From Octopus sinensis (taxonomy: Eukaryota), in NCBI RefSeq assembly GCF_006345805.1, contig NW_021825285.1:1-15743 (forward strand): 15,743 nucleotides of DNA. The letters are read 5' to 3'. The translations under genes were made by a program, and so were the position numbers. This document shows positions 1 through 8,781 of this stretch, piece after piece. The notes beneath the pieces were generated by a model. That model had not been told where the DNA came from, ran no database searches, and saw nothing but the letters and a program-made list of their open reading frames with translations. Within the stretch, counting starts at the first letter, position 1; the number at the start of each line of letters is the position of its first letter.

Positions 1-183
1 TCAGCTCTCCACCCGTTAAAAAGCCACCATTTATGGAATGGAGGATAACAATGTGCTTTCTCGCCTGTGCAACCATCATTCTATCGCGTGTGGTGGGTGG
101 ATCTTCAAGTTGCCACACGCACTCTTTGTAGCTTAGAGTAGGCTCGAATTAGAGATTATTCTTTGTGGCTAATGGCGTGAGTC
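1..183 (-). other. Possible terminal exon / 3' UTR of a minus-strand host gene
   Basis: Minus strand has a long polypyrimidine tract (TTC)n then CAATCAG| acceptor (AG at 185-184) into non-repetitive sequence. All three frames stop within 12 codons. The pyrimidine tract could just be a microsatellite. Confidence 0.25.
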
Positions 184-296
184 CTGATTGGAAGAAGAAA
201 AAGAAGAAGAAGAAGAGCAACGACGGCGACAACTGCTGCTGCTGCGGCTACTACTACTACTACTATCACATCAGCAACAACTACAATGGCAATCCT

Positions 297-340
297 TTCT
301 ATTTTAAGCACAAGGCCTGAAATGTTGAGGGAAGGGGGGG
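297..340 (-). repeat. Short degenerate SINE 3'-tail fragment
   Basis: Reverse complement reads CCCCCTTCCCTCAACATTTCAGGCCTTGTGCTTAAAATAGAA, resembling a SINE tail I recall from octopus repeats. No second copy in the window. Confidence 0.35.
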
Positions 341-520
341 AACAAACACACACACATACATATATACATATACATACATGCGACGGGCTTCTTTCAGTTT
401 CCATCTACCAAATCCACTCACAAGGCTCTGGTCGACCCGAGGCTATAGTAGAAGGCACTTACCCAAGGTACCGCGCAGTGGGACTGAACCCGGAACCATG
501 TTGTTGGTAAGCAAGCTACT
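341..520 (-). mobile_element. tRNA-derived SINE family A, 5' half
   Basis: Matches the head half of the full copies at 11034-11432 and 13286-13702: B-box-like GGTTCAGTCCC, CCTTGGG(C/T)AAGTG core, internal TA/TG microsatellite. Confidence 0.9.
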
Positions 521-521
521 G

Positions 522-822
522 GGGCCAACCAAAGCCTTGTGAATGGAGTTGGTAGACGGAAACTGAAAGAAGCCCGTCGTATATATGTATATATGTGTTT
601 GTGTGTGTGTGTGTGTGCTTATGTGGCTGTGTTATCCCCCCTCCATCATTGCTTGACAACCGATGCTGGTGTGTTTACGTCTCCGTGACTTAGCGGTTCG
701 GCAAAGGACACCAGTAGAATGAGTACTAGGCTTACAAAGAATAAGACCCGGGATCGATTTGCTCGACTAAAGGCAGTGTTCCAGCATGGCCGCAGTCAAA
801 TGACTGAAACAAGTAAAAGAGT
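522..822 (+). mobile_element. SINE family A, 5'-truncated
   Basis: Colinear with 6088-6403 and the reverse complement of 11034-11330. Ends in the GAAACAAGTAAAAGAGT tail. Confidence 0.9.
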
Positions 823-826
823 AGTA

Positions 827-828
<2 letters not shown>

Positions 829-874
<46 letters not shown>
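829..874. repeat. (AAT)n microsatellite
   Basis: Perfect AAT run. Confidence 0.97.
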
Positions 875-877
<3 letters not shown>

Positions 878-1705
878 GCCCTGATACGGTACCAGGCAGT
901 GGCTCTCATGGCTTCTGATCTTAACTGATTGAAGTGTTAATCATGTACATTGTTTTGTCTTGGTATAAAAGATGGCTACAGCAAAATTCTGCTCAATACC
1001 ACAGATTTGCTAATGCCCTGATGCAGTACCAGGCAGTGGCTCTCATGGCTTCTGATCTTAACTGATTGGAAGTGTTATCATGTACATTGTTTTGTCTTGG
1101 TATAAAAGATCTGCTACAGCAAATATTCTGCTCAATACCACAGATTTGCTAATGCCCTGATGCAGTACCAGACATTGGCTCTCATGGCTTCTGATCTTAA
1201 CTGATTGGAAGTGTTATCATGTACATTGTTTTGTCTTGGTATAAAAGATGGGCTACAGCAAATATTCTGCTCAATACCACAGATTTGCGTGTCTGTTGTT
1301 TGACCTAGCCAGTTGAGCATGTCCCTTAGTGGCTGACGATATGTGCATCTCTGATCACGAGCAGAAGTAGTGGGGGGCATCATAGCCGAGTGTTGAGAGG
1401 GATTCTTTGGGGTTTGAATAATTCACCTCTGGAAACTTGGGTGTTTCGTTCAATATCCTTAAACAACCCTTATTCAGGGCCCTTTTGAGCGGGATACGTT
1501 ACTCAACCAGAAGAAAATTCTAACTGGGCCCCACCTGCAAGGTCATGCGCTGTTTATCTTGATATGAGATCACCATGTCACGCACATATGGTTGTGATGC
1601 ATGTGCCTGGTGTACCCTTATCAGACGGGTAGTCATGATGAGTATACTGGGCTTTGTATATTTTACCCTAGTGTCACTTTGATGGCATGCACTGCTCTCT
1701 CACTC
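875..1705 (+). mobile_element. Non-coding interspersed element (~555 bp) embedded in (AAT)n, with its left-terminal ~138 bp present three times in tandem
   Basis: Units start AATGCCCTGAT at 875, 1012 and 1151. The third continues into a unique body to 1705. (AAT)n flanks both sides. Orientation is a guess. Confidence 0.7.

Positions 1706-1755
<50 letters not shown>
1706..1755. repeat. (AAT)n microsatellite
   Basis: Perfect AAT run. Confidence 0.97.
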
Positions 1756-1756
<1 letters not shown>

Positions 1757-1915
1757 TTCATTTATTTGCCACAAGGACGAAGGATGACGGGGACAGTAGT
1801 ACAAAGACAGACATAAATTGTGGGGGCTGTGTTCCCGCTGTGTCGAAATAGCAGCCAAATCTCCCTCAAACTACAAAGGGCCAGGTTGAATATCTGCAGT
1901 CTGCTGGTTACTTAC

Positions 1916-1925
1916 ATCGAGACGT
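1916..1925 (-). other. Possible 10-nt micro-exon
   Basis: Minus strand: TTCCCAATTTCTGTCAG|ACGTCTCGAT|GTAAGT (canonical acceptor and consensus donor). Confidence 0.2.
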
Positions 1926-1949
1926 CTGACAGAAATTGGGAATGCTATC

Positions 1950-2282
1950 GCCATCACCACCACCGACACCACCGCCATTACCAACACTATAACCATGCTA
2001 CAAGTGCTACCAATACCATCAGCCCACCACGACCAACACCACCAAACCAAATCATCATCGCTATCACGACCATCACCTCGACAGACACCACCACCGTCGC
2101 AAACACCGCGGCCAATGCCCTCACCATGACTACAACGTTTACTGACCATCGCCACCAACATCACTGTCACTAACTTCCCCCGTCACCACCACCGCCACCA
2201 TCATCACTACCATCATCACCATCATCATCATCATCATCATCATCACACCAAGCACACCTCCATCACTACGACCACCACTCAC
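1950..2282. repeat. Degenerate (CAC/CAT)n low-complexity tract
   Basis: CAC/CAT/ACC triplet-rich, with near-perfect (CAT)n at about 2210-2245. Confidence 0.9.
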
Positions 2283-2339
2283 CTCCTTACTCTTCCAGAA
2301 GCCTATCACTTTCAACCCACCCCCAACTCAACTGCCAAC

Positions 2340-2752
2340 CACACACACACACACACACATACACACACATGCATACATATACACACAGATACACACACAT
2401 ACACATACGCACACCTACATACATACACACACACATACATACACACACTTACACACACACACATACATGCATACACACACACATACATACACACATACAC
2501 ATACACACACCTACATACATACACACACCTACATACACACACACACATACATACACACACACCTACATACATACACACACACATACATACATACACACAC
2601 ATACATACACACACCTACATACACACATGCATACATACGTACACACACATACACATACATACACACACACACATACGTACATACACAAACACGTACGTAC
2701 GTACACGCACGCATGCATGCATACGTACATATACGCGCGCACTCACGCACAC
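2340..2752. repeat. Compound (CA)n/(CATA)n microsatellite
   Basis: Seen directly. Source of the HTY/VCM-rich spurious ORFs. Confidence 0.97.
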
Positions 2753-2768
2753 CCACCCGTCAACCCAC

Positions 2769-2818
2769 CCGAACGGAAGCCGTGAGGTCGTTGAGTACAC
2801 GGAAGGCAGACATGACGG
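2769..2818 (-). CDS. Candidate 50-nt internal exon of an unidentified minus-strand gene (xVMSAFRVLNDLTASVR)
   Basis: Non-repetitive GC-balanced island between microsatellites. Minus strand TTTTTTGTGTTGTGTTCCAG|CCGTC...GTTCGG|GTGGGT. Open frame. Confidence 0.35.
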
Positions 2819-2884
2819 CTGGAACACAACACACAAAAAATAACAACTGTAGCAACAACACCAACAACAACTACAAGACTTTTG

Positions 2885-3159
2885 ATACATACATACACAC
2901 ATATATATATATACCACACACATATATATGTATATATATATATGTATGTCTATATATGTATTATATATGCAACCACACAACACACACAATTATATTATAT
3001 AATCTATATATATATATATAATTATATATAATTATATATCTGTATGTGTATGTATATATTATATATATATATATTATATATATACATAAATATATACACA
3101 CGCTTGTGTGCTATGGAAGATATGTATACATGTATATATACAATTATATAGGGGCATAT

Positions 3160-3201
<42 letters not shown>

Positions 3202-3249
3202 TACACCACAAACAAACACACACTTACATAGACATATGTGCGTGCATAC

Positions 3250-3286
<37 letters not shown>

Positions 3287-3435
3287 CATGCAGACACACA
3301 CACATAGGTATGTATATATACATGCATACACACATTATTTGAATTGGCTATATAGAAAAAGAAAGAAAGAAAGAATGAAAGAAAGAAGATGAAAGAGTGA
3401 GAGACATACACACACATATATATACATACACGCAC
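2885..3435. repeat. Compound (TA)n/(CA)n/(GAAA)n microsatellite region
   Basis: Seen directly. Confidence 0.95.
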
Positions 3436-3689
3436 TCTATAAGGAGTGCTTTAAGGAGCATGCGCCTCCGATGGTTTCCACTTAGCTATTCGCTACCCTA
3501 ATCTTTATACACCCTACTTAACTATCTCCTACTCCTAATCTGTATACACCCCTACGCGCTCTGCCTCGGTCACATGACCAACACCACCACCACCACCACC
3601 ACCATCCATCATCCCTATTTCATCTGCAGTGCCTTACCGCTTTCTCATCGCAAACTAATCCCGGCCGCTTGTTTGCCGCTCACCAACAC

Positions 3690-3757
3690 CACTGCCAGCA
3701 CCAACAGGACCCACGTCACTGCCAGCACCAACAGGACCCACGTCACTGCCAGCACCA
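3690..3757. repeat. 27-bp minisatellite, about 2.5 copies
   Basis: CACTGCCAGCACCAACAGGACCCACGT starting at 3690, 3717 and 3744 (partial). Confidence 0.92.
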
Positions 3758-4145
3758 CCATAATAAAGCAGAAGACGTCTCGTACAGGTCTGCCCGGCCT
3801 GCTAGAAAAAGCAACTAAATCCCCTCTCAAGTAGTATTACCCCATGCACCCTACCCCCACCCACACCCACACACACCCTTTCCATCATCTTTAATGTTAA
3901 AAACGGTTATTTTCACTGGAAACAAAACCAATAACGATTCTTAATCGGTTGGTAGTTATGAGCACTGATTAGCAAAGTGCTTGTTCGCTGAAATTATAAA
4001 CAAAGTCAACGGCTTTTATTTAGGTTCAAAGGTCAGGGGTGGTGGTACTCATGGCTGATGAGTAGTGCCGGATTTACCATTGAGGAACATTCTAGTGAAG
4101 TTGAACATGGAGTTTTACCATCACGGAACAGTACATTTTATATAT

Positions 4146-4266
4146 AGGCGCAGGAGTGGTTGTGTGGTAAGTAGCTTGTTTACCAACCACATGGTTCCGA
4201 GTTCAGTCCCACTGCGTGGCACCTTGGGCAGGTGTCTTCTACTATAGCCTCGGGCCGAATAAAGCC
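4146..4266 (+). mobile_element. SINE family A, 5' head only
   Basis: AGGCGCAGGAGTGGTTGTGTGGTAAG (A-box-like), GAGTTCAGTCCC (B-box-like). Ends at GGGCCGAATAAAGCC. Confidence 0.9.
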
Positions 4267-4435
4267 GGATTTACTATGCTTAAGCATAGGGCCCCGTTGA
4301 CCAGGGGGACCCATCTTCAAAGATTAAAACGCTACATGATGCTGACTCAAATTACTGTTCTTTTTTTTTCAAGTTTGACCATTTCATCATGTGACCTGTG
4401 TAGGATAGTGTCAGGTGGGTTGGCGCTTTGGTTAA

Positions 4436-4834
4436 TCTTTATATATAAAAGAGAGGTTGTGTGAGTGTCTGTCTCCTACGATTTAGATTCCTAACTACTC
4501 CCACATTTTGCGGTGCAGTTTAACCAAAACCGGGTATCTTATAGTCGTGATTCATATCGAGCCCTTCTGGGTATTAGCGCACGTCTACGATGAGTCTACG
4601 ATTAAAAAAAAAAATTACCATCAATTTTTCCCATTTTTAATGCATTTTTGGCATATATAAGGGAAGTAACTCTTTAAAAATTTATTATTAAATCTCAGAA
4701 CGTAAAAAGCTACAGTGACACCACCCCCCTTTGTGGTTAGCCATATTGAGATGGCTATTATACTTTACATCTGTAAAAATGCTTATATAGTTATTTCCCT
4801 TACAAACCCGGGCAACGCCGGGCGATACTGCTAG
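4436..4834 (+). mobile_element. Non-autonomous Helitron (399 bp)
   Basis: Inserted A|TC...CTAG|T with no TSD. 5' TCTTTATATATAAAAG. Subterminal hairpin CCCGG-GCAACG-CCGGG (4807-4822) 8 nt before the terminal CTAG. Confidence 0.85.
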
Positions 4835-5140
4835 TATAATATACAATAGCTTCAAGTTTGTTGCAGTGTAGTTGTCTGACCTACAGCCCAGAAAGTCTAA
4901 ACCTGAATTTATCAATAAAACTCCAAAAATACATTCCCTGAGCCCTGATAATTCTAAAATTTGACTAAGACTTGTTTTTCAAAAACAATGATTGATCTGG
5001 TAAAACGTAATATTTTAACTACTGCTAAATTTCCTGAGCATGTATGCCTCACTGTCCAATTAAGGATCCTCGTAACTCAATTAGCACAAGGTTTCATTTG
5101 TCCTAAGTCCGACACTGCTGACGAGATATGCCGAATCTTT

Positions 5141-5947
5141 GGGTCTTTTCGGTTTGACCGGCAGTTTTTTAAAAATAATTTCTAGGTAACTAAAAAAATT
5201 TCGAACTTCGTATACTGGTAGAATGTGTTTATAAAACATCTTTTTTCTCTTGGCTTTATTGAGAAAATTCTATAGTTTGTAAGATATTTGTTGCTTTTTT
5301 TTTCTTCACTTTCTGCAATTTCAACCAATCAATGACGTCTATTGAGGTAAAAAAAAAAAACATTCTGTGCCGTATGAATATGTCCCTCGTTTAAGAAACA
5401 GATTGGGTCTATTTACATTTGTGAAGAAAAAAAGATACCCTTCCCCCCACCCCTAACCCTAACCCTAAAACAGATTGAAATGCAATAGATCGATTCTAGG
5501 GTCATAATTATGGGTGACAATTTCATATGACACCGCTGGGAAAAACTGCTGTTCAAACCGAAAAGATCCCCTAACCCTAACTAACCCTAAAACAGATTAA
5601 AATGCAATAGATCGATACTAGGGTCATAATTATGGGTGACAATTTCATATGACACCGCTGGGAAAAACTGCTGTTCAAACCGAAAAGATCCCCTAACCCT
5701 AACTAACCCTAACCCTAAAACAGATTAAAATGCAATAGATCGATACTAGGGTCATAATTATGGGTGACAATTTCATATGATACCGCTGGGAAAAACTGCT
5801 GTTCAAACCGAAAAGATCCCCTAACCCTAACTAACCCTAACCCTAAAACAGATTAAAATGCTATAGATCGATTCTAGGGTCATAATTATGGGTGACAATT
5901 TCATATGACACCGCTAGAAAAAACTGCCGTTCAAACCGGAAAGATCC
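5141..5947. mobile_element. MITE with 30-bp TIRs and 8-bp TSD (Merlin- or hAT-like)
   Basis: Left TIR GGGTCTTTTCGGTTTGACCGGCAGTTTTTT (5141-5170) vs reverse complement of 5918-5947, 27/30 identical. GAATCTTT duplicated at 5133-5140 and 5948-5955. Confidence 0.88.
5451..5947. repeat. Tandem array of four ~119-128-bp units, each with CCCTAA repeats and a right-TIR copy
   Basis: Units end in AAGATCC at 5569, 5691, 5819 and 5947. Confidence 0.93.
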
Positions 5948-6087
5948 GAATCTTTTGCAGCAACGAACCGAGCGTGTTATGAACGCATTGTCTTCGTAAC
6001 AAAAAGTGGTGCTTCTCCAGTGACACCAACAACAACGACAAACATATTTTGTGTTCAAATCTTCTGGAACTTATCAAAAATAAATAT

Positions 6088-6403
6088 GCCGACCAAAGCC
6101 TTGTGAGTGGATTTGGTAGACGGAAACTGAAAGAAGCCTGTCGTATATATGTATATATATATGCATGTGTGTTGTGTGTATATGTTTGTGTGTCTGTGTT
6201 TGTCCCTCTAGCATTGCTTGACGACCGATGCTGGTGTGTTTACGTCCCCGTCACTTAGCGGTTCGGCAAAAGAGACCGATAGCATAAGTACTGGGCTTAC
6301 AAAGAATAAGTCCCGGGGTCGATTTGCTCGACTAAAGGCGGTGCTCCAGCATGGCCACAGTCAAATGACTGAAACAAGTAAAAGAGTAAAAGAGTAAAGA
6401 GTA
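6088..6403 (+). mobile_element. SINE family A, 5'-truncated
   Basis: Starts GCCGACCAAAGCC and ends in an (AGTAAAAG)n-type tail. Confidence 0.92.
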
Positions 6404-6811
6404 AGTATGGAAACTCCAAAGAAGGCGGCATTTTGTCCCTTAATTCCCAGGCGGCGTTTATGCTTTTAAAGCGGTTGACACCGCTGGATAGAATGGTAAT
6501 GGTTTGAAATGGTTACTTTCAGTTTGAAAACAGCTATTTGAATCTCGAATCTCATATCAGAGTAACTCACTGTAAACATTATTATTAAGATTGAAATAAA
6601 AATTATCCCCACAAAAAAGCCATTTCTACTCATTCTTTCAAACACACACACACACACCACACACACACGCACACACACGCACACACACGCACACACATAT
6701 ATATATATATAAAGTTAATCCAAACAAGAAAGCACAAAAAAACACAACAACGCGAGGACGTGGAACAAGTATAGTATTATTGGACGCTCAGGAAAGAAGG
6801 GAAGAAGGAGG

Positions 6812-6846
6812 GTTTAACGTTTCGAGCGGAGCTCTTCGTCGGAAAC
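6812..6846 (-). ncRNA. Minimal type I hammerhead-like motif (Penelope-type) in a ~200-bp insert (about 6712-6916)
   Basis: Minus strand GUUU-CCGACGA-A-GAGC(UCC)GCUC-GAAA-CG-UU-AAAC. Stem I GUUU/AAAC, stem II 4 bp, loopless palindromic stem III. Core has U4C and an extra A. Confidence 0.5.
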
Positions 6847-6924
6847 ATAGGAGAAGGAAAGATCCAGAGAAGGGAAGACAGAGGGAAAACATCGCCAACG
6901 GTACACACGCGGTCAATGGCGATT

Positions 6925-6998
6925 GTATTTGTCTTCCTCCCACTAAACGTTTGACGTACCCGTAACTTAGCGGTTCGGCAAAAGAGTACAATAAAATC
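6925..6998 (+). repeat. Degenerate internal fragment of SINE family A
   Basis: CCCGTAACTTAGCGGTTCGGCAAAAGAG matches about 6248-6275. Confidence 0.7.
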
Positions 6999-7002
6999 AA
7001 TT

Positions 7003-7519
7003 AGCTTAATGACCACCTCGAGAACCCAGTTTCCATAACAACTGTTCGCCGGGAGCTGCACAAACCCGGATTTCATGGGAGGGTTGCAATCAGAAAACCA
7101 CTACTTTCAAAAACATACTTTGCAAAGCGCTTAGAGTGTGGAGTAAAAACCTACAGAATTGGTCCCTAGAGCAGTGGAAGAATGTTCTTTTCTTGGACGA
7201 GTCATCCTTTACCATATTTCCAAAGTTTACGTGTGGAGACAGCCAAAAGAAGCATTTGACCCAGACTGCCTTCTTCTAACTGTTCAACATGGAGGAGGAT
7301 CTGTGATGATCGGGTGTGTGTGTGTGTGGGGGGGCTATATCTCAGAAATCCACCGGTTCAGTGGTTTCCATTCGTGGCAGGATTATTTAAGCATTTTATC
7401 GGATCAAATTCATCCTATGGTTGCGAAACTGCTTCCGGAAGGAAGCGCAATCTTTCCGGATTCACAAAGCTAAAATTGTTACTGAATGGCACGAGGAACA
7501 TTCTAGTGAAGTTGAACAT
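7003..7519 (+). pseudogene. Internal fragment of the same Tc1-family transposase as 9499-11021
   Basis: Inverted copy of about 10035-10571. Encodes VYVWRQPKEAFDPDCLLLTVQHGGGSVMI and ILSDQIHPMVAKLLPEG, with frameshifts and deletions. Confidence 0.9.
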
Positions 7520-7541
7520 GGAGTGCTTCTTTTGGAACAGT

Positions 7542-7596
<55 letters not shown>

Positions 7597-7696
7597 TATT
7601 GATAAAAATGGTAAGACAACAAAAGAATGAAAGAGACCTCGATATTATGTAAAAAGAGAAATTTATCTGTAAATGTGACAATTATTCGGTAGCCAT

Positions 7697-7757
7697 GATA
7701 AAACTCCGAGTTTCGGATGCTGAGGTGGAAATCCACGCCGCCATCTCTTCAGTTATC
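7697..7757 (-). ncRNA. Type I hammerhead ribozyme motif
   Basis: Minus strand GAUAA-CUGAAGA-GAUG...GUGGA(UU)UCCAC...CAUC-C-GAAA-CUCGGAG-UU-UUAUC. Stem I GAUAA/UUAUC. One extra C at the base of stem II. GUU triplet. Confidence 0.65.
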
Positions 7758-7834
7758 AGGCCATCGGAAAAAAATGGTATGAAAATGACTGTTATATACA
7801 CTCGGAGTTTTATCATGGCAACCAAATAATTGTC

Positions 7835-7863
<29 letters not shown>

Positions 7864-7868
<5 letters not shown>

Positions 7869-8508
7869 CTAAATTCGGTGTGTGGTGAGGCAAATCGTTG
7901 CTAAACCCTTAATTACTTAGTATTACTTAAACTTTCCTCAAATGGGGCTTTTACATGCCGAAATCTACATGGTGAAATTAATGATTATTCTAAATTAATT
8001 AATTTCTCCCTACATTATTACTGATAACCATAGTTCATCCCGGTAAATGACCACAACATCTTGTCTTGGCTGCACGCTGGTAGGAGGGGGCTGGTGACAC
8101 AGACTTTCATTCACACTTTGAATTTGGCGATACTAGTAATGGCTTTGGCTCGCTCTGATACTATCAGTTGAGATGATGTCTTCTAGTACCGCGAAATTTA
8201 ATATACAATTATTCATAATTGTAATATCCTACGCTGATGAGAAAAGAAGTTGGGTAAGACAAGATTATCTAATCCTTATGCTTTCCTAAAACTTGATTTC
8301 GAAACGTACGTCCGTAGGTGACTTTTTATTGTATGATCGATTGTCGTCATTTTCTCTCTCTTGCCTGTCTGTGTTTGCCTTTCAAGTGCTGTGGTTTTAC
8401 TGAGATCTCCCTTTTAGTAGAAAGGAATAGCTATAACTCTTTGACTGCTATTTCTAAATTCGGTGTGTGGTGAGGCAAATCGTTGCTAAACCCTTAATTA
8501 CTTAGTAT
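7864..8508 (+). mobile_element. Retrozyme/Penelope-like non-coding element: 585-nt unit with 60-bp terminal direct repeats and an internal hammerhead
   Basis: 7864-7923 is identical to 8449-8508. (TA)n on both flanks. No ORF of 60 aa or more. Hammerhead at 8228-8318. Confidence 0.75.
8228..8318 (+). ncRNA. Type I hammerhead ribozyme with intact core
   Basis: CCUACG-CUGAUGA-GAAA...UUUC-GAAA-CGUACG-UC-CGUAGG. Stem I 6 bp perfect, stem II GAAA/UUUC extended by AAGUU/AACUU, palindromic stem III. Predicted cleavage after GUC at 8312. Confidence 0.85.
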
Positions 8509-8781
8509 ATATACATATATATATATATATATACGTGTGTGTGTGTGTCTCTTAAGCATTGTGAGACTAATAACCTAGTGTAGAACCAATATACATGTTT
8601 CAGAACGGCACCCCATCTGTCGAGAGATGAATGTTATTTACTAAGGCACAATACATGTTTTTATATGCGACTCATAGTTTCATACGTTGAAAAATATCCC
8701 AAAACATATTCATCAGGCACAAAACAAATATAGCAAACTAAAAACTGAATGAGAGAAGAAACGCGACAAGTTGAGATGGAA

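Noticed and set aside
875-1289. CRISPR-like array (also considered for 5451-5947 and 11609-12195)
   Set aside because: Whole units repeat with no unique spacers, there are no cas genes, and the context is eukaryotic.
2312-3435. Long ORFs (up to 184 aa) rich in H/T/Y/I or V/C/M
   Set aside because: Translations of CA/TA microsatellites.
4046-4064. CTGATGAG in a small hairpin (similar CTGACGA at 1333 and 5118)
   Set aside because: No properly placed GAAA or closing stems.
4146-4215. tRNA gene (A/B boxes; also other SINE heads)
   Set aside because: Continues into SINE body sequence that is repeated in the window, and no convincing cloverleaf.
5451-5846. CCCTAA repeats as a true telomere or fusion site
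   Set aside because: Only 2-3 interrupted copies per unit, internal to a MITE.
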